From IMG/VR virus record IMGVR_UViG_3300025133_000083: 64,000 nucleotides of DNA; one strand, given 5' to 3'. Under the pieces are notes generated by a model, which worked only from the letters and a program-made list of their open reading frames with translations, did not search any database and was not told the DNA's origin. How positions within the stretch are numbered: the first letter of the stretch is position 1; every line of letters begins with the position of its first letter. This stretch comes from an uncultured virus (IMG/VR IMGVR_UViG_3300025133_000083). Lineage: Duplodnaviria > Heunggongvirae > Uroviricota > Caudoviricetes. The position numbers were made by a program, and so were the translations under genes. Of the stretch, positions 1 through 10,569 are shown in pieces.

Positions 1-714
1 TCTCTACATACAGGCATCCCTGCATGGAAGATAAGAGAAGGAAGTCTTAGTGAGGACGAATGGGGAGTATTGAACGCTGAAATGCAGGAGATAATCGACA
101 GCGAGTTGATTATAATAGACGATTGCCTGAAGCTACATGAAATAAGAAACAGGATTGTAGCAGAGAAACACAAGAACGACATAGAGATAGTTTACGTTGA
201 TTACCTACAACGAGTACAGAATTCAGGGAAGGGAAAAAACAGAGAACAGGAAGTTGCTGAAATAAGCACAACACTAGCAAATGTTTCCAAGAAACTGAAT
301 ATCCCCTTAATTGCTTTGGCTCAATTAAGTAGAGATGTTGAGAAAAGGGGCGGAGACAAAAAGCCCCAAATGTCAGACCTACGTGAATCAGGCTCCATTG
401 AGCAGGACGCACATATAATCGCTTTCTTATATCGACCTGAATATTACAAGATTGACATGGACGATAATTACGGCTCAACCGATGGATTGTGCTTGTATTT
501 AGTAGAGAAGAACCGAGAAGGAAAGACAGGGGAAGTGGCTATTAGATTTCATAGCGAAACAACTTCTTTCAGCGAATGGGAGGAGCCATCCCTTACAGCG
601 CCATCCCCAAACGACATACCTGATAACTATCGTTCTCCTATGCCACGCTCAGAAGAATTTGACGACCTAGACGACCTAGACGACACCTCTTCGCAAGGGG
701 ATATGGGGTTTTAA
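1..714 (+). CDS. dnaB: Replicative DnaB-family helicase, C-terminal part (5' end outside window)
   Basis: Frame is open from base 1. DnaB motifs VDYLQ, ALAQLSR, SDLRESGSIEQDA, KNREG. Confidence 0.95.
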   Translation, partial: SLHTGIPAWKIREGSLSEDEWGVLNAEMQEIIDSELIIIDDCLKLHEIRNRIVAEKHKNDIEIVYVDYLQRVQNSGKGKNREQEVAEISTTLANVSKKLNIPLIALAQLSRDVEKRGGDKKPQMSDLRESGSIEQDAHIIAFLYRPEYYKIDMDDNYGSTDGLCLYLVEKNREGKTGEVAIRFHSETTSFSEWEEPSLTAPSPNDIPDNYRSPMPRSEEFDDLDDLDDTSSQGDMGF

Positions 715-758
715 ACCCTATTTCATCTTAAAATACATTTCAACTATCTTTACGCTTC

Positions 759-2954
759 ATGTTTGAAGACGAGATAGAGGAAAACGAAATACCTGTATTG
801 GTTCTACCCGAACCTATACCCGTTAAACCCCCGAAGTTTGAATACGCCCAATACGAGAAGGAAGAAAAACCTTTAAGAGATGCTTGGGAAAAGCAGTTTG
901 CTTTATCTGATAAATGTCAGGAAAGAGCAAAGGAGATAAAGATTGAACTCCCCCCGTTACGGAAGGAACTTGCCAAAATAAAGAAGGCAAAGGATGTCGA
1001 TAAATACGAAAAGGAGAGTGAAATAGATAGGCTCAACGAAGAGATTGACGAACTAAAAGACGAGTATGACGAGCAGTTAGAATTGGTCCTGATACACAAG
1101 GAGAAGGGGGAGAAGATAATAAAGCCTTGGCACAGGGAGCAAAAACGGAGATGGGGAGAAGGACATGACAACCTATCGGGAATACACTACTTCTACTTGA
1201 CCCAAATGAAGATAAAGGACGCAGAGGGAAACCTTATACGCCCGTTTTGGAGAGATGTAGATGAAGTGACCCTGAATGAATTCCTAACAAGCTTTGAGAA
1301 TGAGATTGACCTCTACGTATTTAAACGTAGAGAGATTGGGCTTTCATCTGTATTCGGAGGGTTAATTCCATTATGGATTTCAATCATGTTCGCAGGATCT
1401 ACATCGTTGATGACATCTGCCGACCTCACTAGAGCAACAGACCTACTTGCAAATAAATTCATAGCGCAACACGCTTCTATGGATGACAGGTTGAGGAGTA
1501 ACAGGATTTCATACGACAAGAGTAAGGGAGCCAAACTTGGGGAAATTGACGAAGACGGGAACCCAACAGGAAACATAGCTGATATAGTTTGTAGGCAAAC
1601 ATCTCAAGACAAGAATGATGTAACTAACCTAGAGGGCGCTAGAGCGAAATACGGCTTCCTAGATGAGTTATTCCTTCATCCATATCCTGAAGAAGTAAGG
1701 GCTTCTGTTGAATCTTGTCTGATGTCAGGACTTGGAAGGGTTGGTATTATGGTTGCAGGAGGTTCAGCAGGTTCAGTATCTAGACTAGGACTGAAGCAAG
1801 CGAGAACCATTTGGGAGAGCGCAAAACACGGTCAAGTAAGATGCTTATTCCTTTCAGGGGCTATGGGTATCACATCCGCAACAATAAGGGACTTAGACGG
1901 AAAGAAAGTATCTGAAGAAAACTTCTGTATCAACGGACACTCAGACGTAGAGAGAGCGACAGCATACATCCTTTGGTGGAGAAAGATTCTTGACCTTAAC
2001 CCCGATAAACGACCTCTTAACTCCTTTATTAAGAGATACCCGATTGATATTGATGAAGTATTCCAATCGGATGAAGTAGGGGTAATTCCGAAAGACGTTG
2101 CAGACAAGATACCCGACCAAGAAACGGAACTTAGAAACAACCCTAGAAACATACGGTCAATAAAAATCAAGGAGGTCAACGGTAAGATGAGCTTCGAGAA
2201 CGACCCTAAAGGAGCTTGGATAATATCGCAAGCGCCTGAAAAGGGGATGACGTACATAATGGGAACAGACTGTATCCCTATGCTTATGTCTAAAGAAGAA
2301 TCGACTCTAGACCCCGAAGACACAGACCACTCCATGCACTGTACTGTAATCAAGTGTATAGAACTGAATACCTATGTTGGGATATACCTAAGAAGGACTT
2401 CAGATATAGACCTCATTTACGGAGAACTGAAAGATGCTCAGGCGCTTTACGGAGAAACAGCACCATGTCAAAATATGATTGAGCGTAACTCCGCACAATT
2501 ACTCTACGATAGGTATAAATTCGACAACAACCTCAATAGCCTTGCTTATCAACCTAGATGGATTGGCTCAAAGGCATACAAGAAGAATTCTGTAAGGGGG
2601 GTGTATAAGGACAATCACAACAGGGAGAGAATTTACAGCGCAGGATTCGACCACTTCAGAGACCACATGGAGAATGTTGATTTCCCAATCATTCTAGAGC
2701 AGTTGAGAGTATTTGGAACCGCGAACACGGATGTTATGGATGCTATCTTCATGGCTGAAGTGTTCCATAGAGGAATGGCAATAACAGACGGGCAAAGAGC
2801 TTCATTTGCTATGAAAGCCACTTACAAAGAGGTTGCCTACACCACAACAGATAATAAAGGAAGGACAGTAGTTAGATACAGGAAGGAAATGGACCCGAAA
2901 TACAGATCAGAGCATGACGCTATGATGGAAAACATGAAACCTCTAGGGATATGA
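759..2954 (+). CDS. terL: Terminase large subunit with N-terminal coiled-coil extension
   Basis: KRREIGLS Walker-A-like, FLDE Walker-B-like, nuclease acidic motifs GTD and DVMDA. Lies upstream of the portal gene. Confidence 0.85.
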   Translation: MFEDEIEENEIPVLVLPEPIPVKPPKFEYAQYEKEEKPLRDAWEKQFALSDKCQERAKEIKIELPPLRKELAKIKKAKDVDKYEKESEIDRLNEEIDELKDEYDEQLELVLIHKEKGEKIIKPWHREQKRRWGEGHDNLSGIHYFYLTQMKIKDAEGNLIRPFWRDVDEVTLNEFLTSFENEIDLYVFKRREIGLSSVFGGLIPLWISIMFAGSTSLMTSADLTRATDLLANKFIAQHASMDDRLRSNRISYDKSKGAKLGEIDEDGNPTGNIADIVCRQTSQDKNDVTNLEGARAKYGFLDELFLHPYPEEVRASVESCLMSGLGRVGIMVAGGSAGSVSRLGLKQARTIWESAKHGQVRCLFLSGAMGITSATIRDLDGKKVSEENFCINGHSDVERATAYILWWRKILDLNPDKRPLNSFIKRYPIDIDEVFQSDEVGVIPKDVADKIPDQETELRNNPRNIRSIKIKEVNGKMSFENDPKGAWIISQAPEKGMTYIMGTDCIPMLMSKEESTLDPEDTDHSMHCTVIKCIELNTYVGIYLRRTSDIDLIYGELKDAQALYGETAPCQNMIERNSAQLLYDRYKFDNNLNSLAYQPRWIGSKAYKKNSVRGVYKDNHNRERIYSAGFDHFRDHMENVDFPIILEQLRVFGTANTDVMDAIFMAEVFHRGMAITDGQRASFAMKATYKEVAYTTTDNKGRTVVRYRKEMDPKYRSEHDAMMENMKPLGI

Positions 2955-3181
2955 ACATTAATGAAGTAGGCTCAAAATGTGTAGTTAAAACCAAAAAAGG
3001 AAGCTACCCATCTCTATACTTTGGAACATTCCAATACAAGCAGGGAGATAGCGAAACACCCGTTGCAATCGTAAAGCTTAAAGAAGGAAACTTAGGAATG
3101 GTGAATGTTTCATCCGTTTTCTTTGAACCTGCCCCATACATGGATGACAAAATGGGGAAGAGAATATATTTGGAAGAGTAA
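2951..3181 (+). CDS. Hypothetical protein
   Basis: 76-aa ORF with ATGA overlap to terL. Confidence 0.6.
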   Translation: MNINEVGSKCVVKTKKGSYPSLYFGTFQYKQGDSETPVAIVKLKEGNLGMVNVSSVFFEPAPYMDDKMGKRIYLEE

Positions 3182-3240
3182 TTCCTTCCTTCAAAACTTT
3201 AAAGCATTATTTGCTAATAATTTTTACGCTATGCTTTTTG

Positions 3241-3248
3241 TAAATTTG
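3241..3248 (+). promoter_or_regulatory. Bacteroidota-type -7 promoter element (TAAATTTG)
   Basis: Matches TAnnTTTG in the intergenic gap before the portal gene. Confidence 0.65.
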
Positions 3249-3271
3249 CATTACAACTTTTTCTCGATAGA

Positions 3272-5509
3272 ATGTCAAACTACTATATTCTCGACAATCC
3301 CAATAAGGGCATAGCTACAACAGAAAGACCCGATGTGGTCGGCACTAAAAGAACCTTAAAGAAGAAACACGGAGGGATACACGGGATGGTGTCGGAATAT
3401 CTTCGGTTTATGGTTTCTCAATGGAACACGCAGTATAACACCCCCATTGAGACCTTCAACGACAACAGGAAGGTGATGGTTAAAAACTCCCCTGTCGATG
3501 AAATCCGCCTAAACTACCAATTCTACCAAGCTCAACAGGAGAACTACCCTTACGCATATCTTACAGAGTGGCAAGAAGGAAAGGAATTACCCTCTCCTTG
3601 GAGTAATGGACATGAAATCTTTCAGACCGTTCAACACATGGTCGGACCCGTTGTAAAGCATTTCGTAGGCACAACAATAACAGTAGAGAGTTTAGACCCA
3701 TCCGTTCAGTCTATTAAGCAGGGTAAGATTGCCATGCTAGAGGCTAAGAAGAAACTTCCTGAAATCTTCAAAAGGTTCGCAGAAATGGGAGCCAACTTCA
3801 TGCCTGAAGGAGAAGCAGGAACAGATATGGATGTAGCAATACAAGAGGCAATAAGAAAGCCTTCCCATAAGATTGAGAAGTTCGGAATGGATTTATTGAA
3901 CTTCATCAATAACGTGAATTCCGTAAAGGAAACAATGCCTAGAAGGTATAGGGATGTTGTAATAGGAAGATACTGCGGGACACACGTAGATTCCTCAAGC
4001 TCTAGAATCAACCTAGAAGGAATACGACCTGAAGACCTGATGTGGGATAGGAGCGATGAAGATGATGATTTCAACAGATACTCACTGTTCAAAGGGTTCC
4101 TTTCTTGGAAAACGAAAGAAGAAATAGTTCAAGCATACAATCTCACAAGTAAAGATGTTCTCGAAGAATTGGACAACATGTTCAGTAAGAATACATCTTC
4201 AGCCACAACCACTTTAGCCGCTATCTCCCGAAACGAACAACCTGATGAAGGGTTCGCTTGGGTTGAGAGTGGAAAAGTTAGGAGAATGGCTTGTGTTACA
4301 GGCTACTTTGTAGCTTCAGTCTACAATAAAGGTGATGACGAAGGCTTTTACAATACACTATATAGAGGAACATTAATTGGAGACACTATTCTAGTTGATT
4401 ACGGAGAGGCTAACAATATCGTTTACGATATGGCTAAACCTGAATACCCTATCATACCGATATTCATATATAGCCCCGACACCGTTCTAGGGAGGAATGT
4501 TTCTCCTGTAGATAGATTCAGGCAAGCACAATCAGATTGTGATGCTTTCCTAAACAGGGTCAGGGAACGAATAAGTAAAGACTTAGGTAAGGTTCCTATT
4601 ATATGGGCTGAATCTTTAGGGGGCGATGCTGTTACAGCGAAAACCCTTGTTGAGGATTTCAAACGTGACGGAATAACCGTATTGAAAAGGGGAGATGGAG
4701 AAGAGCCTATCGTCAACGGGAAGCCCGTAGAAGTGTTAGACCTTTCACTTGACCCGAACATAAAGGTCTATATGGAACTTCGTAAGGAAATGTTCCAAGA
4801 CATGCGCGATGTTGTTTCTCAATCTCGTATCACTACAGGTATGCAGCAAACATACATTGGAGGAGGTACGCAACAAGCAACCATATCTCAAGCAAATAAC
4901 GGAACAGTAGGTATAATGCAAGGCTTCTTTCAGCACTTTGCTCATATCGAACACTACATCCTCAATGCAGCGAAAACAATGCTGTTGGACGCGAAGAACG
5001 CTGATGAAGCTGAATTGATATTCTCTAAAGCAAGTAGAGAGTTTTGGAAAGCTATTAAAGAAGTCAACGTAGAAGATCTCCAAGTCCGAGTGGAAATGGA
5101 AGACTTTATAGATGACGAGCTTAGAGCAGAACTTAACACGATGGCTCTTGCTTGGGCGCAGAACTTTAAGGAAACAGGCTTCGGTCCTATTGAGTGGTTG
5201 GATAGTAAGACCGCAAGAACCGTTACGGAGCTTCAAAGAAAAATGAAGGAGACTTTCGAACTCAAAGAAATGAAGAGGGAGAGAGAGCGTAAAGAAGATA
5301 TGGCTTTCCAACAACAACAACAGGAACGTCAGATACAAGCGCAACAAGAACAGGACGCAGCCAACAACCAAGCTTCAGCGCAAAGAGATATGATACGGGA
5401 AGCACCCGAACACGAAAAGAACCAAATTAAGCGTGAGGAGCTTAATATGCAACGAAACGTGGACATGGGAAGCGAAGCAGGAATGCCATCTTCCAATCCG
5501 TTGATTTAA
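3272..5509 (+). CDS. Portal protein
   Basis: 745 aa, between terL and scaffold/MCP. Q/E-rich coiled-coil C-terminus typical of podovirus portals. Confidence 0.8.
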   Translation: MSNYYILDNPNKGIATTERPDVVGTKRTLKKKHGGIHGMVSEYLRFMVSQWNTQYNTPIETFNDNRKVMVKNSPVDEIRLNYQFYQAQQENYPYAYLTEWQEGKELPSPWSNGHEIFQTVQHMVGPVVKHFVGTTITVESLDPSVQSIKQGKIAMLEAKKKLPEIFKRFAEMGANFMPEGEAGTDMDVAIQEAIRKPSHKIEKFGMDLLNFINNVNSVKETMPRRYRDVVIGRYCGTHVDSSSSRINLEGIRPEDLMWDRSDEDDDFNRYSLFKGFLSWKTKEEIVQAYNLTSKDVLEELDNMFSKNTSSATTTLAAISRNEQPDEGFAWVESGKVRRMACVTGYFVASVYNKGDDEGFYNTLYRGTLIGDTILVDYGEANNIVYDMAKPEYPIIPIFIYSPDTVLGRNVSPVDRFRQAQSDCDAFLNRVRERISKDLGKVPIIWAESLGGDAVTAKTLVEDFKRDGITVLKRGDGEEPIVNGKPVEVLDLSLDPNIKVYMELRKEMFQDMRDVVSQSRITTGMQQTYIGGGTQQATISQANNGTVGIMQGFFQHFAHIEHYILNAAKTMLLDAKNADEAELIFSKASREFWKAIKEVNVEDLQVRVEMEDFIDDELRAELNTMALAWAQNFKETGFGPIEWLDSKTARTVTELQRKMKETFELKEMKRERERKEDMAFQQQQQERQIQAQQEQDAANNQASAQRDMIREAPEHEKNQIKREELNMQRNVDMGSEAGMPSSNPLI

Positions 5510-5605
5510 TTACTCGCTCATTTCACACCTGCAAAGTGTAGCCACTTGAAAGATGTAAAGGGTTGTGTTTCAACAACTTACAATTCGTAGATTTCATGGA
5601 ATTTG

Positions 5606-5613
5606 TATATTTG
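5606..5613 (+). promoter_or_regulatory. Bacteroidota-type -7 promoter element (TATATTTG)
   Basis: TAnnTTTG upstream of the scaffold/MCP genes. Confidence 0.65.
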
Positions 5614-5663
5614 CTTTACGCTTTCGGGCTTTAAAACAATTATACAAACACTAACATAACGAC

Positions 5664-6839
5664 ATGGCAGATTTAGAAGACGAAAAGAAAGACGATAAGT
5701 TGCAAGATGACGCAGCGTTTGAATTTGAACTTTCCGATGATGCGGTTTCCGATGTAGAGGAAGCTGTATTAAAGGCTAATGCAGGAAAGGCTAAAGACGA
5801 ACTTGCTGATGAGATTGAAGCAGCTAAAGTTGAGAGATTGAGTGAGATGAAGAAGGACAACGAAGCAGTTATTGCTAAGTTGAATGAGTTTTCTAAAGAC
5901 CCTGAAAACGAAGGGAAGTCAGAGAGTGAGTTAATGGAAATGGCTCAAAAAGCTGTTGTTGATGGTGCGGATGATGATGATAGTGATGATTATTTAGGTG
6001 ATGACTTCTTTGGAAAGGGAAGTAAAAACGGGGTTGCTCCTTCGGGAGGTGACACAGGAGGCGATAAGAATTCCGATACCGAACTCCCGTCTGATGTAAG
6101 GGCGGAATTGGATGAATACAGGAAGATGAAAGAAGACGAAGGTTTCAAAGCCTACGTTGAAGCCAAGAAGTCAGGAGAAGTTGATTTTATAGGAATGGTA
6201 ACAGAATCAGGTTTAGCGTTTAACGCAAAGAACTTGAGTCCCGAACAATTGAAACAATATGAGTTGAACCAACTACAGCAAGCAGACCCATCTATTACAG
6301 ATGAAGAGATTGCTGATGAGATGGACGACTTTAACGATAAGTCAAAAATAGAGAAGGCTAAAGCGGTCCTTTCAATACGTGCTGATATAGAAAAGCAACA
6401 GAAAGAAGGATTGAAAGCTTTTTCAACAAAGATTTCGTCAAATGCGATTGAATCTAAAGAAGAACTAACCAAAGTCGTGACCGAAGCCGAAACTGCGCTG
6501 AAAAACGATTACTTAGGTAACACATTCTTTGGGGTCAAAGTAGATAACGAAAGAACCGCTAAGGTTTTGAAGAACATTCGCTCTAAGGGGGTTTCCTCCA
6601 AAAAAGCTGATGGAACTCCGAACATTAGTGAAGCTATAGAGAAAGAACTTCTATGGGAGAACAGATATGAAATAATCGAAGCAGCCCAACAGAGGATGTC
6701 TAAGAATATGAAAAGGATGTTCGCCCTAAAGCAAGGAAAGCCTCTTGGTTTGAAAGCCCGATCTTCTGCGTCAAGAAAGAGTCCAGTTGACTCTAGAAAG
6801 GCATTAGCCGCAGCACAGAAGGAGGCAGGAATGATTTAA
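5664..6839 (+). CDS. Putative capsid scaffolding protein
   Basis: Very acidic helical protein with basic C-terminus, between portal and MCP. Confidence 0.65.
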   Translation: MADLEDEKKDDKLQDDAAFEFELSDDAVSDVEEAVLKANAGKAKDELADEIEAAKVERLSEMKKDNEAVIAKLNEFSKDPENEGKSESELMEMAQKAVVDGADDDDSDDYLGDDFFGKGSKNGVAPSGGDTGGDKNSDTELPSDVRAELDEYRKMKEDEGFKAYVEAKKSGEVDFIGMVTESGLAFNAKNLSPEQLKQYELNQLQQADPSITDEEIADEMDDFNDKSKIEKAKAVLSIRADIEKQQKEGLKAFSTKISSNAIESKEELTKVVTEAETALKNDYLGNTFFGVKVDNERTAKVLKNIRSKGVSSKKADGTPNISEAIEKELLWENRYEIIEAAQQRMSKNMKRMFALKQGKPLGLKARSSASRKSPVDSRKALAAAQKEAGMI

Positions 6840-6868
6840 TTTGAACTAACGCCTAAAAAAATAAGAAA

Positions 6869-8230
6869 ATGGCATTAACAACACTAAGCGTTTTGGATAA
6901 CCTCCAAATCAGCACACTTATTGATTGGAACGATGTTTCAAGGGTAAGAAAGATAAGCAAGGGTTGCTACTTCATGCAGGATATTGAGCAATTGAATGTA
7001 GGAATCCCTATGGCTTCAAAATCTATTGATGTACTCGAATACCGCGAGACCTTTATCGGTGACGATGAATTGGTTGCAGAGGTTCAGGCAACAGCTATTG
7101 TAGGTGGAAACCTTGTAGTTGACCTTGTACCGATTGGTGGTAATCCTGTTGATTATTTCCGTGAGGGAAGCATCATGTTTGGTAACTCAAAGCAAATTCA
7201 AGGTAAGATTGTCGCTGCTGTAGCAGGACAGATTACAGTAGCTCCTGTTTCAGGTTCAACTGTTGCTCAATTGAACGCATCCTTCACAGTAGGGAACAAC
7301 GTTCAGGCAATGGGTGTAACGAAGAAGTACCGAAACTCTTCTAGAGTTGAAGGTATCAACTACTTCCCTGAAGTACAGACCAACTACTTAAGCCTTATGA
7401 GAGAAGGTGCTGAGTGGAACCGAGTGGACATGCACAAAGCACGTATCGAATCAGCAGGTAAGTATTGGGTTAATGGTGACATTACTCGTACTCTTGACCG
7501 TATGTTGAAAGACATTGAGCGAACTTGGTTATGGGGGCTTCCTGATTGGGACCCGAATAACGACTACTCACGAAATGGTGGTGTAGATTGGGCTATCCGA
7601 AACAGAGGCGGTATCGTTTCTACGTTTGGCGCTCTACCTACTCAGGGACAGTTCCAAGATTTCTTGGATAACGTTGCTGATAGACGAGCAGGATACATCC
7701 GATTGAAGAAACTATACATGGGTCGTAAGCTTTATGCTCACATCATGAATAACTTCACCGCAGGATACATTCGTCAGATTGACCCACAGGCTCCAAGAAC
7801 GGACGCTATCAACGAGAATGCTAACAAGTATTTGGTTGGAGGTCACGAAGTAGATTTGATCCACAGCCTTGCATTGTTCCAAGAGCGTGATTTTGACAAC
7901 TACCCTACGGCAGGAGTTGGAATGACAGGAATGAAGAAGGAGTGGTCAGCATACTACATTGACCAAGATCCTGTTGAAACAGTTGGTTCAGGAACGGTTC
8001 CTGCAATCGAAAAACTTCACTTTGGAAGTTCTCCTTTCTATATCGGAAGAAGTACGGGTATCGGTGATTGTCCTGTAGGAATGCCTACTGCTGATGGTCA
8101 ACTACAAAACCCTGATATGTACCAAGTAAGCACTTCAGCGGTTGACCGTTCTGAATTGAACTTGATGTATCATGGTGGAGTAAACATGGTAACAGGTAAT
8201 TTCTCAGGGATATTTGAGGCTTCACTTTAA
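6869..8230 (+). CDS. Major capsid protein
   Basis: 453 aa after the scaffold gene. IERTWLWG...GGVDWAIR resembles HK97-fold MCP segments. Confidence 0.8.
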   Translation: MALTTLSVLDNLQISTLIDWNDVSRVRKISKGCYFMQDIEQLNVGIPMASKSIDVLEYRETFIGDDELVAEVQATAIVGGNLVVDLVPIGGNPVDYFREGSIMFGNSKQIQGKIVAAVAGQITVAPVSGSTVAQLNASFTVGNNVQAMGVTKKYRNSSRVEGINYFPEVQTNYLSLMREGAEWNRVDMHKARIESAGKYWVNGDITRTLDRMLKDIERTWLWGLPDWDPNNDYSRNGGVDWAIRNRGGIVSTFGALPTQGQFQDFLDNVADRRAGYIRLKKLYMGRKLYAHIMNNFTAGYIRQIDPQAPRTDAINENANKYLVGGHEVDLIHSLALFQERDFDNYPTAGVGMTGMKKEWSAYYIDQDPVETVGSGTVPAIEKLHFGSSPFYIGRSTGIGDCPVGMPTADGQLQNPDMYQVSTSAVDRSELNLMYHGGVNMVTGNFSGIFEASL

Positions 8231-8259
8231 TTCTAACGCCTAAAAAAAACTAAGAAATA

Positions 8260-9288
8260 ATGGCAACAGCAAAAAACACACAAAATTTCGTAATCAACTC
8301 GGTAGCAGCTACCGCAGGTGATTTATCAACAGGAGACGGAAGAGTTACTGTAACGGGAGATACCGAAGGGTTTCTACGTAGAGAAGCAAGTAGCATCGTT
8401 GTAAACAAGTTCATTGCAGAAACATTGCAAGTGAGTACGGTTACAGCTACGGCTGCTCCTGCGGCAGGAACTACTTACTCTTACTTGCTAGAGCAAGAGG
8501 TTGGAGGTAAAGTGCTTTCACACTACATGGAGTATTATGCTCCTTCAGGTGTAACGGCAGCTATCCTTGGAGCAGCTTTCGAAGCAGGAGTTCAGTCTTT
8601 GATTGACGCAGGACAATTGTTCGCAACAGCAGCAGAGATCACTTCAGGAAACGGAGGTGTAACTATCACAGCCCTTACGGGTTATGCGGTTATTCGATTG
8701 AAGCAAGCAAACAATGTGACTTTCGCAAGCTCTCTTGACGCTGAAACATCAAGCGGAAACTTATCTGTAAGCGGATTGGTTCTTACAATGCTAGAAGGTG
8801 ATACAACCTACTTGGCTGTCGGACAACTTCACAAGTTATCAGGATGGACAGGAACGGCTGTAATCAACGGAAAGACAGCAGCACAAGGAGTAATCCTTAG
8901 AGCAGCATCCGTAACGACCAACACAAGTGTCACTTACGACATCTTGGTAATTACAGGTTCAATTACCGCTGCATCTTGTGACTACGAACTGCTTTCGTCT
9001 AACGCAACAGGCATTGGAGCAGATCTTACAGCAGACAGAGGTATTACAGGTGGGGGTGACCCTAATGTAGACATCGTTGCAACCAACGTTTATCATGAAG
9101 TTGTTGTTTCAGGAGGCGAGCCTTCAGGAAGCACAATGACTGTTGGTGATGTAGCACCGTTCGAGAAGCATTTCTTTATCGACACTGTAGCAAGCGCATC
9201 TAATGCACTATTGCTTACAGATAGATTTGAAGAGGTTCAGAACTACTACGCAGCAGGAACTACTGACGCTGATCCTTCATTGCTCTAA
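8260..9288 (+). CDS. Putative auxiliary capsid/decoration protein
   Basis: A/T/G/S-rich beta protein right after MCP, sharing the MCP leader motif and followed by a terminator. Confidence 0.6.
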   Translation: MATAKNTQNFVINSVAATAGDLSTGDGRVTVTGDTEGFLRREASSIVVNKFIAETLQVSTVTATAAPAAGTTYSYLLEQEVGGKVLSHYMEYYAPSGVTAAILGAAFEAGVQSLIDAGQLFATAAEITSGNGGVTITALTGYAVIRLKQANNVTFASSLDAETSSGNLSVSGLVLTMLEGDTTYLAVGQLHKLSGWTGTAVINGKTAAQGVILRAASVTTNTSVTYDILVITGSITAASCDYELLSSNATGIGADLTADRGITGGGDPNVDIVATNVYHEVVVSGGEPSGSTMTVGDVAPFEKHFFIDTVASASNALLLTDRFEEVQNYYAAGTTDADPSLL

Positions 9289-9310
9289 GCAACTAAGAAG
9301 GCACTTTATT

Positions 9311-9347
9311 GAAGAGGAAAGCATTAAGTTGTTTTCCTCTTTTTTTT
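9311..9347 (+). terminator. Rho-independent terminator
   Basis: AAGAGGAAA/TTTCCTCTT stem followed by a T run. Confidence 0.8.
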
Positions 9348-9350
9348 GGA

Positions 9351-9358
9351 TACCTTTG
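9351..9358 (+). promoter_or_regulatory. Bacteroidota-type -7 promoter element (TACCTTTG)
   Basis: TAnnTTTG just after the terminator, upstream of 9394. Confidence 0.6.
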
Positions 9359-9393
9359 TCTAAACCCTAGTTTAAAATAAACATAGTTTCACA

Positions 9394-10512
9394 ATGGCAA
9401 TTCAAAAGAGAAATCAAAAAGCAGTAACGCAAGACCCCGATGTTCTATTCAGGATAGGTATTAATCGAAATTTCACGGCTAACAAGCAGATTTTCGATAC
9501 GACCCTAGAAATCGCTAACCCCGATGGAGGAACCTTCACAATGACAAAGGGTTGGAGAATAATCGAAAGAAAGTTCGATACAGAGAAGGAACTTCAGGCG
9601 GCTTGTAAAGTTGCCCCCCTATTGATTTCAGTATCTAGGAGTAAGCCTAACGTGATTATACGCAAAGGAGATGTTCCTCAGAAGACGCTGCAAAAGCTAA
9701 TAGACTTCCTTAACAAGGTTCCTTTTATGTTAGACAGGAACGATAGAGAGCAGTACGACCCGTATTTGGAAGAGGCTATTGGTCCAAAGGCAAATGCAGA
9801 GTGGTACTTTGAAGATATGCGTACAGCTAGAAAGCAGAAAATCTCTACAAACGAAGACACTATTGAAATCGGTGCGAAGTTGCATGAGATGAAAGGAGAT
9901 GTGAATAAGCTTAGAGATGCTTTATTCCTTATAGGGGAAGCGCCTACTAAGGACGACACAGCGGAAGACCTTTACTTCATGCTTTCCGATAAGGTCATTA
10001 CAGACCCTAAGTCAAAGACAAGACGGATGTTCATCAAATACTTTGTGAACCCTGAAATGACTGAAAAGGAAATCAGCCTACTCAAATGGGTAAACAAGGG
10101 TGTTGCAAGCTCAGTTATTGAAGCAAGAAACGGGTTCCTAGTTTACGGAAGCGAAAGACTTGGTGTAGATGAAAGAGAGGCTGTTGAATACTTAGGGTAC
10201 AGCGAAGATGTTCTTAGGTCTTTAAAAGTTGCGGTATCCAATGCTACAGGCATGAAAGAGGATATTAAGGCTGCAAACAAGGTTATCGAAGCTGTAGATG
10301 GGTCAGCAGACACCGCTAGAGCCATTTCCTACATTAGCGACAAGATGAAGTCTTCAGGTCTTTCTAGCGCCCCTCACATGGTTCTTAGAGGAATTGACAA
10401 CGTGAATGACGCTGTTTCCAAATACAACGCGAAAGCAAAGGACGCAGGTCTTACTAAAGCAGAGTACATTTCTACTGATTTCGTTCTTGACGAGATCGGA
10501 GCAGAAGCATAA
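9394..10512 (+). CDS. Putative virion/head-associated protein
   Basis: 372-aa ORF. Position matches the post-capsid gene of crAss-like structural blocks; synteny only. Confidence 0.45.
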   Translation: MAIQKRNQKAVTQDPDVLFRIGINRNFTANKQIFDTTLEIANPDGGTFTMTKGWRIIERKFDTEKELQAACKVAPLLISVSRSKPNVIIRKGDVPQKTLQKLIDFLNKVPFMLDRNDREQYDPYLEEAIGPKANAEWYFEDMRTARKQKISTNEDTIEIGAKLHEMKGDVNKLRDALFLIGEAPTKDDTAEDLYFMLSDKVITDPKSKTRRMFIKYFVNPEMTEKEISLLKWVNKGVASSVIEARNGFLVYGSERLGVDEREAVEYLGYSEDVLRSLKVAVSNATGMKEDIKAANKVIEAVDGSADTARAISYISDKMKSSGLSSAPHMVLRGIDNVNDAVSKYNAKAKDAGLTKAEYISTDFVLDEIGAEA

Positions 10513-10527
10513 GGTTCCATCCAACCT

Positions 10528-10569
10528 AAAAAACGAAGCCCCAACGGAGGACTAATCCATTGGGGCTTC
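10528..10569 (-). terminator. Terminator between convergent genes
   Basis: Minus strand GAAGCCCCAATGGA/TCCGTTGGGGCTTC stem followed by GTTTTTT. Confidence 0.75.

Noticed and set aside
661..684. GACGACCTA tandem repeat
   Set aside because: Simple coding repeat (DDLDDLDD) in the acidic DnaB tail.
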